Shown here one piece after another: positions 45,572-54,225 of a stretch of 64,000 nt of DNA. The notes beneath the pieces are model-generated. The model did no database searches. It was not told the origin of the DNA and worked only from the letters and a program-made list of their open reading frames with translations. Made by a program: the position numbers and the translations under genes. This DNA is from an uncultured Acidimicrobiia bacterium. GTDB taxonomy: Bacteria; Actinomycetota; Acidimicrobiia; Acidimicrobiales; Ilumatobacteraceae. Numbering within the stretch: the first letter of the stretch is position 1; the number at the start of each line of letters is the position of its first letter. The stretch spans positions 232,636-296,635 of the forward strand of contig CAVZFS010000026.1 of the NCBI GenBank assembly GCA_963774635.1. The letters run 5' to 3'.

Positions 45572-45924
45572 GGCGGCGTTCCTTCCGTTGGTCCCTCCGC
45601 GAGGATCTCGGCGAACCGCTCGAGGCGGCCCCGCCAGACCGCCTCCAGCTCGTCGAGCAAGCGGGACGCGCGGCGGACGGTGTCAACGTTGCCGCTGACG
45701 AGTTGCTGGCGACCGTGCCGACGCTTGGTCACCAACTGGGCACCCTCGAGAACGGCGACGTGCTTCTGGACCGCCGCGAAGCTCATCGGGTAGAGGTGCG
45801 CGAGCGCTGACACCGAGTGCTCAGCCTGCAACGTGCGGGTCACGATGTCGCGCCGTGTGCCGTCGGAGAGCGCGTGGAACAGGCGGTCCACCGCCCGTGG
45901 CTCGTCAAGGGTATGTACAACCAT
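45568..45924 (-). CDS. ArsR/SmtB family transcriptional regulator
   Basis: The track ORF is 45568..46254 and the start is at MVVHTLDEPRAVDRLFHALSDGTRRDIV. SVSALAHLYPMSFAAVQKHVAVLEGAQLV is the winged HTH. Confidence 0.85.
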   Translation of the reverse strand: MVVHTLDEPRAVDRLFHALSDGTRRDIVTRTLQAEHSVSALAHLYPMSFAAVQKHVAVLEGAQLVTKRRHGRQQLVSGNVDTVRRASRLLDELEAVWRGRLERFAEILAEGPTEGTPP

Positions 45925-45933
45925 TTGGTTGTA
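45916..45933. promoter_or_regulatory. 7-4-7 palindrome in an AT-rich island overlapping the ArsR start codon (candidate ArsR operator)
   Basis: TACAACC-ATTT-GGTTGTA. The two divergent start codons (45924 and 45945) are only 20 nt apart. Confidence 0.5.
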
Positions 45934-45944
45934 TATTAGCGGCC

Positions 45945-46556
45945 ATGAGATTGGTGCTGATGGAGTTCTTGTCGCTGGATGGCGTCGCCCAGGGTCCCGG
46001 ATCGCCGGACGAGGACACCTCCGACGGCTTTGCACAGGGCGGCTGGTTCGTGCCGCACTTGGACGAGGCGTTCTTGCAACGCTCCGCCACGTGGATCGAG
46101 CAGGCCGACGCGTTCCTGTTCGGCCGCCGCACCTATGAGAACTTCGCGCGGGACTGGCCACCGATGAACGATCCCGCTGACCCGATCGCCTCCCGATTGA
46201 ACGGCCTGCCGAAGTACGTGGCATCGAACAGCCTCGCGGAGGCCAGCTGGGCACCGTCGACCATCCTTTCCGGAGATGTCCTCACCCACGTCGCCGAGTT
46301 GAAGCGTCAGCCCGGCAGGGAGCTGCAGATCCATGGCAGTGCCCAACTCGGTCAATCACTGCTGGCCGCAGGCCTGCTCGACGAGCTGCGTCTCGTGATC
46401 GCCCCGGTGATCCTGGGCAGCGGCCGGCAGCTGTTCCCGCCCGGCGGGGCGCCGGCCGGTCTGCGCCTCGTGCAGAACGACACGACTCCGGCCGGACTCA
46501 CCATTCACGTCTATGAATGGGTGGGAGCTCCGAGCTACGGCACGTACGAGCCGTAG
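45945..46556 (+). CDS. dihydrofolate reductase family protein (RibD C-terminal domain type)
   Basis: The track ORF is 45855..46556; ATG 45945 gives MRLVLMEFLSLDGVAQGPG. FLFGRRTYENF, LPKYVASNSL and LQIHGSAQL are typical of the family. Confidence 0.85.
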   Translation: MRLVLMEFLSLDGVAQGPGSPDEDTSDGFAQGGWFVPHLDEAFLQRSATWIEQADAFLFGRRTYENFARDWPPMNDPADPIASRLNGLPKYVASNSLAEASWAPSTILSGDVLTHVAELKRQPGRELQIHGSAQLGQSLLAAGLLDELRLVIAPVILGSGRQLFPPGGAPAGLRLVQNDTTPAGLTIHVYEWVGAPSYGTYEP

Positions 46557-46591
46557 CCCGCACGGCCGGAGCTGCCACGCCGACGGCACGC

Positions 46592-47209
46592 TCACGAGGC
46601 CTTGACGACGGCGATGTTGAAGTACGGCGTGCCGAGCTGCTGCAGCATCGATCCGAACAGCGCCAGGTAGTGCTCCTGGCCATACGCGTTGGCGATGCCT
46701 CCGAGGTCGAGCAGGCTCTCGCGCGGCCATCCGAGATCGATGAGCAGGCCGGAGACGACCTCCTTCGCGTCGCTGTCGTCGCCGGAGAGGAACTGCGTCG
46801 TCGGAGCCGGCAGCGTGGTGGGATCGGCGGTCACGACTGCCGCGACGTTGTTACCGGCCTTCACGACCTTGACGCCCGGAAGGGCCTCTTGGATCTGGCG
46901 GCCGACGCTGTCATCGGGCATCGCCAGCGAGAAGTCCGGGGTCGCGGCGTTGGACAGGTCCCAGAGCACGGTGCCCTCGAGGGTGTCGGGGCCGATCGAC
47001 GCGAGCAGCGGGAGCGTGTCGACTCCCTGAACCGCGTTGACCACGACATCGGCGCCGACGACGGCGTCCACGGAGCTGAGGACGGGTGCGGGGAGCCCGG
47101 CGCGGTTCTCGGGATCTCGAGAGCCGATGACGACGTCGTGACCGGCGCGCAGGAGACCGGTGGCGAGGGTCTGGGCGACGCGGCCGGTTCCGAGGATGGC
47201 GATTCTCAT
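46592..47209 (-). CDS. NAD(P)-binding oxidoreductase (F420-dependent NADP reductase-like)
   Basis: ATG 47209 follows GGAGGA. MRIAILGTGRVAQTLATGLLRAGHDVVIGSR is a Rossmann N-terminus of the NADP_oxidored_coenzyme_F420 type. Confidence 0.8.
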   Translation of the reverse strand: MRIAILGTGRVAQTLATGLLRAGHDVVIGSRDPENRAGLPAPVLSSVDAVVGADVVVNAVQGVDTLPLLASIGPDTLEGTVLWDLSNAATPDFSLAMPDDSVGRQIQEALPGVKVVKAGNNVAAVVTADPTTLPAPTTQFLSGDDSDAKEVVSGLLIDLGWPRESLLDLGGIANAYGQEHYLALFGSMLQQLGTPYFNIAVVKAS

Positions 47210-47226
47210 GATGTCCTCCAAGGGTC

Positions 47227-47266
47227 ATTCGAATTGGAACTACATCGACGATAGCTCAAATTCGAA
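47227..47266. promoter_or_regulatory. AT-rich divergent promoter region with two TTCGAA-centred palindromic sites (candidate MarR operators)
   Basis: ATTCGAAT lies at 47227-47234 and AATTCGAAC at 47259-47267, with cores 33 bp apart. They sit between the oxidoreductase start (47209) and the MarR start (47298). Confidence 0.4.
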
Positions 47267-47297
47267 CGATCGGCTACCGGTTCTCTAACATCGCGTC

Positions 47298-47744
47298 ATG
47301 GCGGCCGAGATCTCTGGCGAGGAGTTCCGCGCCTACGCCGCGCTGATCGCGAGCTCGACCCTGCTGCAGCGCGCCGTCGAGAAGAACCTCCGCGAGCAGG
47401 CCGGCATCACGCAGGTGCAGTTCGAGATCCTGATGAACCTCTCCATCGCGGGCGCATCCGGCATGCGCATGGCCCAGCTCGCCGACGCGCTGATCGTCTC
47501 GCGCAGCGGGCTCAGCTATCAGGTCGCCCAACTCGAGTCGCGCGGCTGGATCACGCGCCACCGCTCCGGCGATGACGAGCGCGGCGTCCTCGCCCGCATC
47601 ACGGCCAAGGGCGAGCGGATGCGCCAGCGCGTGCTCGCCGGCCACGTCGACATCGTGCGCACCGCCTTCCTCGACGCCATCGACCCAGGCGAGCTGGAGA
47701 CGATCACCGACGCCCTCGAGCGCGTCGTCGGCCGGCTCAGGTAG
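47298..47744 (+). CDS. MarR family transcriptional regulator
   Basis: 148 aa. TQVQFEILMNLSIAGASGMRMAQLADALIVSRSGLSYQVAQLESRGWITRHRSGDDERGVLARITAKG is the MarR winged helix. Confidence 0.85.
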   Translation: MAAEISGEEFRAYAALIASSTLLQRAVEKNLREQAGITQVQFEILMNLSIAGASGMRMAQLADALIVSRSGLSYQVAQLESRGWITRHRSGDDERGVLARITAKGERMRQRVLAGHVDIVRTAFLDAIDPGELETITDALERVVGRLR

Positions 47745-48987
47745 TCGGCCCGGCGTGGGGCGAGCCGGGATGCGACTGCTCGTCGCCCCATGCACCGACT
47801 CGCAGGAAGCGACTCACGGCGAAGAACCAGAGGACCGAGAGGATGGCGACGAGCAGGAGTGCGAACAACCAGGGCGCCGGACGCCACCAGCCGGCGACGA
47901 GAGCCGCGCCGGCGCCAAGGCCCAGAGCCAGGCCCATCGGTTGGTAGACGACGGCCAGCCGCCGTGCATCGACGAGGGCGCGTGTGATCACGATCAGCGC
48001 GAGCAGACCGGTGGCCACGGCTCCGGCGAGTAGCCACGCCGTGCTCGCCGGTGTCCGCGCGTCGTGAGCGTGTGCGATGAGGCTCACCATGGCGGCACCA
48101 GCGGAAGCGATGGACAGCGTGATCGGCAGGTGGCTGAGCAGCCAGCGCGCCAGCGCTGCACCGTCGGGACGAGGTGGTCGACGTCCGACGAGATCGAAGT
48201 AGATCCACCAGAAGCCGAAGCCGATGACGAGGGCGATCATCCCGGTGCTGATCGTCTTGAAGTCGCGCTCTGAGTCGGACAGGCCGTCCACCACGCCGAA
48301 CACCACTTCGCCGAGGACGATGATCGTGAACAGGCCAAAGCGCTCGACCAGCGACTCCGTCGGGAGCATTCCACGGCTCAGACCGACCGCCGGGTGCCCG
48401 AGTGCGATCAGGCCGCCGATCCAGCCGATCGCCACACAGCCCCACACCACGAGTCGCACGTCCTCCGGAAGGAAGGCACTGACGAAGACGACCACCGCCG
48501 ACACGGCGATCCCCGTGACGTAGTGCCTGGTCGGGGCCAGGAACTCGCGATGGTCTCGGCGATCCTCCCGATGCACGGCGTACCACAACCACGTCAGCAC
48601 GGCCAGGAACGTCGCGTACGTGAGCGCGAAGCCCCGTCCCCCGCTGCTGGCAGCTTCCCCCGTGTACACCGCCAGCAGCACGAGCACACCCATCTGGATG
48701 AAGACGACGGTGCGCGTCCGTCCGTCCTCGCGGCCGTGCAACTCCAGGTACAGGGTGCCGTTGATCCAACCGACCCAGATCAACGCGAAGACCAAGGCGA
48801 ACTCGGCGATGCTGCGCGCCGACACGTGTTCGGCGAGGTGGTGGGCCGCTTGGGACACGACGACCACGTACACGAGGTCGTAGAACAGCTCCAAGAAGCT
48901 GACGGTTCGCTCCGCGATCGGTTCGCCATGTGGCCGCGGCGGACGCCACAGCCAGCGCCTGAAACGCCCGGCGAGCGTCTCGTCCAT
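47737..48987 (-). CDS. low temperature requirement protein A (LtrA) family membrane protein
   Basis: 416 aa. VSFLELFYDLVYVVVVSQ is the N-terminal family motif, followed by ~10 TM segments. Confidence 0.8.
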   Translation of the reverse strand: MDETLAGRFRRWLWRPPRPHGEPIAERTVSFLELFYDLVYVVVVSQAAHHLAEHVSARSIAEFALVFALIWVGWINGTLYLELHGREDGRTRTVVFIQMGVLVLLAVYTGEAASSGGRGFALTYATFLAVLTWLWYAVHREDRRDHREFLAPTRHYVTGIAVSAVVVFVSAFLPEDVRLVVWGCVAIGWIGGLIALGHPAVGLSRGMLPTESLVERFGLFTIIVLGEVVFGVVDGLSDSERDFKTISTGMIALVIGFGFWWIYFDLVGRRPPRPDGAALARWLLSHLPITLSIASAGAAMVSLIAHAHDARTPASTAWLLAGAVATGLLALIVITRALVDARRLAVVYQPMGLALGLGAGAALVAGWWRPAPWLFALLLVAILSVLWFFAVSRFLRVGAWGDEQSHPGSPHAGPTT

Positions 48988-49149
48988 CAGCGCGTCGACG
49001 ACTTCATGGTCGAGTCGTCCACTTGCCCGTGAGAATGCGCCTTCCAGATGTCACGCGCCCGGATGCGAACGAAGTTAGCTGGCCGCGGCCGGCGCAGTGC
49101 TCGTGACGGGCCGAGTTGCACTCCGACGCACCGGGGTACGGTCGTTGAG

Positions 49150-51855
49150 GTGGAGCTGCGCATCCTGGGTCCACTGGTGGTCCACGACGGCGAGCGTGAA
49201 GTCCCTGTCGGAGGCGCACGAGTGCGGGCCCTGCTGGCCCGGCTCCTGCTGGCCCGTGGCCATGCCGTCGCGTTCGACACGGTCGTGTCGGCCCTCTGGG
49301 ACGGCGAGCCACCGCGCACCGCGCGCCAACAGGTCCACAAGGCCGTCTCCGAGGTGCGGCGCCGGCTGCCGGAGCTCATCCAAACGGTCGAGGGCTTCGG
49401 CTATCGCGCCCGGCTCGACGGCCACTGGCTGGACGCCGACGAGGCGGATGCCCTGCTCACGCGCGGCGACCCCGCGTCGATCGAACGCGCCCTCGCGCTG
49501 TGGCGGGGCGACACGTTGGAAGGGATCGACGGCATCGATCTGCGGGCGGCGGCCGAGGCGTGGGACGAACGACGCCTCGGCGCCCTCGCCCGCTGGTGCG
49601 CCGTGCAGCTGGGCGCAGCTGGTCCGCCGGACGGACCGGCGCGAGTCGGTACCGCACTGCCCGACGTGCTGGCCAGACGGCCGTGGCGCGAGGACCTCCA
49701 CGCGCACCTGATGGTTGCTCTCGCCCGGCAGGGACGCACGCCGGACGCGCTGGCCGTGTATGCCCGCCTGCGCCGGTCGCTCGCCAACGAGCTGGGCGTC
49801 GACCCCAGCCCGGGGCTGCGCGAGTTGCACGGCCGCCTCGTGCGCGGAGAGCTCGACGTCCCGGCGCCGGCGCCGGCCCGGGGCGTGCCTCGGACGTTGC
49901 CGTACGACTTGCCCGACTTCACCGGGCGCGGCGAGGAACGAGCCGAGCTGGCCGCGGCGCTGGCCAGCGAACCGATCGTCGCCATCGACGGCATGGCCGG
50001 TGTCGGCAAGACAGCACTCGCGTTGCACGCCGCACACGCCCTGCGCGACGAGTTCCCCGACGGCCAGATCTTCCTCGACCTGCGCGGGCACACGCCCGGC
50101 GCCGAGCCGCTGACGCCGACGGACGCGCTCGCCCGGCTGCTGCGGGCCGCCGGCGTCGCCGACCCCGACGTGCCCGACGATCCGGAGGTGCGCGCCGCGT
50201 CCTGGCGCAGTCGCATCGCCGGTCGTCGGATGCTGCTCGTGCTCGACAACGCGGCGACGGCCCAGCAGGTCCGCGACCTCTTGCCAGGCGACGGGACGAC
50301 GCGATCGCTCGTCACCAGCCGCGCCCGGCTCGTTGGTCTCGACGGCGCGGCGTTCCGCACGCTCGGCGTGATGGCCCCCGACGAGGCGCTCGACCTGCTC
50401 AGGCGCGTCGCGGGCGCCGACGTCACCGGCGCGCACGCAACACAGGCCCGAGCGATCGTCGACGCCTGTGGCCACCTGCCGCTGGCGATCCGCCTCGTCG
50501 CCGCCCGGTTGGCCAGCCGCCCGGCCTGGACGCTGGCGAGCGTCGTCGAGCGCCTCGCCGACGAGCGCGCCCGTGAGGGGTTGCTCAACGACGGCGAACG
50601 AGGCGTCGCCGAGGCGTTCGCCGTGTCCTACGAGCACGTGTCCCCGCGCGCCGCGCGGACGTTCCGGCTGCTCGCGACGCACCCGGCCGCCGACTTCGAC
50701 CGATTGGCGGCGGCCGCGATGACCGCGCGCGACGTCGTCGCGGCCGGCGACGATCTCGACGAGCTGCTCGACGCCCACCTGCTGGAACAGGCAGGCGGCG
50801 ACAGGTACCGCTACCACGATCTGCTGCGGGGGTACGGCCGCCGCCTGGCCAACAACGCGGACGGGGTCGACGACGCGGCGCGACGGTTGCACGACTACTA
50901 CCTCGCCGCCACGGTGGCGGCGACCGACCGCCTCAACCGGAACCTGCGGCGCTTCGAGCCGACGATCGAGCATGTGCCGGCAGCGCTCCCTGATCTCGAC
51001 GACATCGATGCCGCCCTGCGTTGGCTCGAGGCCGAGCACGCCACGCTCGTGACCGTTGCGCTCAGCGACGACGGCTGGGAGCTCGCCGCCGCCCTGCGCA
51101 CGTTCCTCGAGCAGCGCGGGTACTTCGCCGACTGGCGAGCGACGCACGTTCGGGCGTTGTGGTCGACGACCGACCGCCACGGACTCGCCGTGCTTCACGC
51201 CAACCTGGGCGCGCTGGAGGCGTGGAGCGGGGAGAACCAGGCGGCGATGGACCACTTCGCCGCCGTGCTCACGCTGGAGCCCGAGCCATCGGTGCTGACA
51301 GCAGCCGTCCACAACTCGATGGCGATGCGCTGCCACCTTGCCGGCGACGACCGTGCCGCCGTCGAGCACGCACGTCTGGCGCTCGGGTACGAGGGAGCCA
51401 GCGACCTGCTCCGAGCGGGAGCGTGGTGCAATCTTGCGCTCGCGTCGGCCCGCCTCGGTGAGCGCGACGACGCGCTGCGCTGGCACCACCGCGCCGTCGA
51501 GCTGGCCGATCGTGTCGGTGAGCCGTCGGTGCAGGTCCACACGTACCTGGGTCTCGGCGAGACGCTGCTGCGTCTGGGTCGGCCCGCCGCAGTGTGGTTC
51601 GAACGGAGCCTCGAGCTCTCGCGCGACCAGGGCACCCGCATCCAGGAGGCGATCGCCCTCGATGGGCTGGCCCACGCCACGGGCGACCTCGACGCGTGGC
51701 GGGCGGCGGTGGCGATCTTCGACGAGCTCGGGCTGGCGCAGGCAGCGATCGTGCGCCAACACCTCGCTGATCCCGACGGCGCGTGGTGCGACCTGTGCGC
51801 CGGCCGGCGCATGAACGTTGCCGGCGAGGCGCTCGCCGGATCAGCCTGGGGCTGA
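49150..51855 (+). CDS. AfsR/SARP family regulator (OmpR-type winged helix + BTAD + NB-ARC ATPase + TPR)
   Basis: The track ORF is 49048..51855 and GTG 49150 gives VELRILGPLVV. WRGDTLEG...LHAHLMVALARQGRTPDALAVYARLRRSLANELGVDPSPGLRELH is the BTAD. IDGMAGVGKTALA is the P-loop. LLVLDNA and GHLPLAIRL belong to NB-ARC, and the tail is TPR-like. Confidence 0.85.
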   Translation: MELRILGPLVVHDGEREVPVGGARVRALLARLLLARGHAVAFDTVVSALWDGEPPRTARQQVHKAVSEVRRRLPELIQTVEGFGYRARLDGHWLDADEADALLTRGDPASIERALALWRGDTLEGIDGIDLRAAAEAWDERRLGALARWCAVQLGAAGPPDGPARVGTALPDVLARRPWREDLHAHLMVALARQGRTPDALAVYARLRRSLANELGVDPSPGLRELHGRLVRGELDVPAPAPARGVPRTLPYDLPDFTGRGEERAELAAALASEPIVAIDGMAGVGKTALALHAAHALRDEFPDGQIFLDLRGHTPGAEPLTPTDALARLLRAAGVADPDVPDDPEVRAASWRSRIAGRRMLLVLDNAATAQQVRDLLPGDGTTRSLVTSRARLVGLDGAAFRTLGVMAPDEALDLLRRVAGADVTGAHATQARAIVDACGHLPLAIRLVAARLASRPAWTLASVVERLADERAREGLLNDGERGVAEAFAVSYEHVSPRAARTFRLLATHPAADFDRLAAAAMTARDVVAAGDDLDELLDAHLLEQAGGDRYRYHDLLRGYGRRLANNADGVDDAARRLHDYYLAATVAATDRLNRNLRRFEPTIEHVPAALPDLDDIDAALRWLEAEHATLVTVALSDDGWELAAALRTFLEQRGYFADWRATHVRALWSTTDRHGLAVLHANLGALEAWSGENQAAMDHFAAVLTLEPEPSVLTAAVHNSMAMRCHLAGDDRAAVEHARLALGYEGASDLLRAGAWCNLALASARLGERDDALRWHHRAVELADRVGEPSVQVHTYLGLGETLLRLGRPAAVWFERSLELSRDQGTRIQEAIALDGLAHATGDLDAWRAAVAIFDELGLAQAAIVRQHLADPDGAWCDLCAGRRMNVAGEALAGSAWG

Positions 51856-51873
51856 AGGAGCCCGCCGGCCCCA

Positions 51874-51909
51874 CCACGTGGACGAGGCGGTCAGGACTCG
51901 TCCACGTGG
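51874..51909. terminator. 13-bp perfect inverted repeat between the convergent SARP and NTF2-like genes
   Basis: CCACGTGGACGAG-N10-CTCGTCCACGTGG. Confidence 0.5.
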
Positions 51910-51921
51910 CGTCGGATGTCG

Positions 51922-52425
51922 TCAGGCCGTCGGGGTCTCACCGACGAAGTAGGCGGTGTCCATGGCGACCTGCCACTGGCCCTGCTCCTTGACCATCGTC
52001 ATCGTCACCGAGAACTGGCGGATGCGGTTCGGGTAGACGATGTGGATGTCGAGCACGGCGATGCCGGTGTGGCAGCCGAACATGGTCTCGGAGAGGATCT
52101 CCCACTGCCACTCCCACGGTTCCGGGTTCGCCCAGGCGGCCCGCACGGACTCCATGTGGGCGTCGATGCCGTAGGTGGTGGTGCCGGCGACGTGGAAGAT
52201 GATGTCCGGGTGGATCACCTCCATGTACGCCTCCTCGTCGCGGGCGTTGTAGGAGACGTTGTCCTGGACGACAGCCTCGTGCATCGCCAGCGCGCAGCGG
52301 GCCTGGCCGCTGCTGTGCACCGGCGCGGCGGCTTCGGGCGCTCTGGTGGCTTCGGTCATCGACGGCGAGATCAGTGTGAGGGTGGCGGTGGCGGCGGCCA
52401 CGGCTGCCAACCTGCGTGGTGACAT
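51922..52425 (-). CDS. secreted NTF2-fold (SnoaL-like) protein
   Basis: The track ORF is 51922..52476 and the start is at MSPRRLAAVAAATATLTLISPSM (signal-like). YNARDEEAYMEVIHPDIIFHV...VKEQGQWQVAMD fits the fold. Confidence 0.65.
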   Translation of the reverse strand: MSPRRLAAVAAATATLTLISPSMTEATRAPEAAAPVHSSGQARCALAMHEAVVQDNVSYNARDEEAYMEVIHPDIIFHVAGTTTYGIDAHMESVRAAWANPEPWEWQWEILSETMFGCHTGIAVLDIHIVYPNRIRQFSVTMTMVKEQGQWQVAMDTAYFVGETPTA

Positions 52426-52575
52426 GGCATTCCTCCTCGAAGGTGCGCTCGAAGGCCACGGGACGAGGCCCGTCACGATCTTCCAGCGCGGCGCTACCGC
52501 ATCGCTTCCGCCGCGCTACCGCGGCGCGTGCCGAGCGTCCGATGAGTTCGGCGTGCGCCCGTCGTCAGAGATCGC

Positions 52576-53048
52576 ATGGACGCTGAGAAGATGACTGCGA
52601 CGACGAAGATCGACGCCGCGCCTGCCGCCGTGTTTGCGGTGCTGGCCGACCCCAAAGCGCACGTCGCCATCGACGGCACTGGCTGGGTGCGCGAGTCCCT
52701 CGACGCCGCCCCGTTGACGAGGACCGGCCAGGTGTTCCGCATGGCGATGCATCACGAGAACCACCCTGACAAGGACTACAAGATGGCCAACCAGGTGGAG
52801 GTGTTCGATCCGCCGCGCGCGATCGCCTGGCGACCGGGACAGGAGTCGCCGGAGACGGGAGAGCTCGGGTTCGGCGGTTGGGTCTGGCGCTACGACCTGG
52901 AAGCGACTGGCCCGTCCCAGACCACGGTGACGCTCACCTACGACTGGTCAGCCGTTCCACCCAGGTGCGGGAGATCATCCAGTTCCCGCCGTTCGGCCAC
53001 GACCATCTCGAGCACTCCTTGAAGCACCTGTCCGACCTGGTTCCGTAA
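52576..53048 (+). pseudogene. SRPBCC (polyketide cyclase/dehydrase-like) protein, 1-nt frameshift near the C-terminus as sequenced
   Basis: AAPAAVFAVLADPKAHVAIDG...TVTLTYDW fits the fold. After SAVPP the track ORF becomes RCGRSSSSRRS. One frame over it reads QVREIIQFPPFGHDHLEHSLKHLSDLVP* with a stop at 53046-53048. The break is in the C-run at 52960-52962. Confidence 0.75.
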
Positions 53049-53103
53049 GGCGCGGAATCCGATCGACAGGTCCGAGGTCTGGTGGAGGAAGCGGCCGCGG
53101 AAG

Positions 53104-54207
53104 TCACCGACGAACCGCCTCCCACCGGCATCCGACGTCGACGAACCCGATCCGTTCGTACCAGCGACGCGGCCAGTCGTCGGCGCGAGCGAGGAGCCAA
53201 ACCACGTCGCACCCGGCGGCGCGGGCCCGACGCACTGCGTCACCGACGAGGGCCGCGGCATGTCCCTGCCTGCGTGCGGACGGCGCCGTCATCACCCCGT
53301 CGATCGCCGCCGTCGCCCCGTCGATGCGCAGCTGGGTACCGGCCACCGGGACACCGTCGGCGCCCAGCACGGCGAGGTCGACGACCCGAACGTGGGCCGC
53401 GGCGAAGGACTCACGGCGGATGAGGTCGCCGACGGCGCCGTCATCGATGCCCGGGATCTCCCGCCGCCAGGTGGGCGCCCACAGGCCGGCCATCACCTCT
53501 TGGGTCACCGCCACCACCCGTACCACCGGCTCAGGTGGTACCGGTGCGGTTACGTCGAACACGTGGAAGCGCAGCTCCTCGACGTCCCAGTCGAGATCCG
53601 TGGGCGGTGGACTGAACATGACGATCCGGCGGTGCGGGAACGCGGCGAGGACCCGGTCGGCCTCAGCCACCATGGCGGCGGCGTCGATGTCGCCGGTGAA
53701 CCACACCGAGTTGTGCTCCCACGACGCGGGCACGCGCGGGTCGAGGCAGGCCACGCCGCCCTCGACGGGCATCACAACGGCGGCGCGCCGTTCGGCGAGG
53801 CTGCGCTCGAAGGCGGCCGCCCGAGCCAGGGGATCGCCGATCGGCGGGATCCCGGTGGGCGGGCCGAAGGCCCCGCTCGGGCCGGGGCGGTAGGGCACGA
53901 CACTGGTGACCGCGGCGACCGGCAACGGCCCGTAGAGGTGCGGAAAGCGCATCGACGCCGGGTCGCCCGGCACGCCCGACTCCCACCGCACGTCGTCGCG
54001 CAGCCGCGCCGGATCGATGGCGAGGACGAGCAAGTCCTGCCGGCCGGCGAAGAGCCGCTGCGCCGGCAAGGCGACTTGGTCCGGCCCAGACAGGTGGACA
54101 AAGCCCTCCGTGACCAGGGAGCCGTCCACCACGGCGCCGGCATCGAGCGCGACCCGCCACTGCGCCGCGCCGATGAGATGCAGGAGCGGCTCGGTCGCCC
54201 CGATCAC
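53104..54207 (-). CDS. DUF952 domain fused to a GNAT-type acetyltransferase-like domain
   Basis: 367 aa in one frame. The N-terminal part, LLHLIGAAQW...GFVHLSGPDQV...LLVLAIDPARL...VRWE...FPHLYGPL, is DUF952-like. The C-terminal part, IDGVMTAPSARRQGHAAALVGDAVRRARAAGCDVVWL, is a GNAT acetyl-CoA site. Confidence 0.75.
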   Translation of the reverse strand: MIGATEPLLHLIGAAQWRVALDAGAVVDGSLVTEGFVHLSGPDQVALPAQRLFAGRQDLLVLAIDPARLRDDVRWESGVPGDPASMRFPHLYGPLPVAAVTSVVPYRPGPSGAFGPPTGIPPIGDPLARAAAFERSLAERRAAVVMPVEGGVACLDPRVPASWEHNSVWFTGDIDAAAMVAEADRVLAAFPHRRIVMFSPPPTDLDWDVEELRFHVFDVTAPVPPEPVVRVVAVTQEVMAGLWAPTWRREIPGIDDGAVGDLIRRESFAAAHVRVVDLAVLGADGVPVAGTQLRIDGATAAIDGVMTAPSARRQGHAAALVGDAVRRARAAGCDVVWLLARADDWPRRWYERIGFVDVGCRWEAVRR

Positions 54208-54225
54208 GAATCGTCCATCCGGAGG

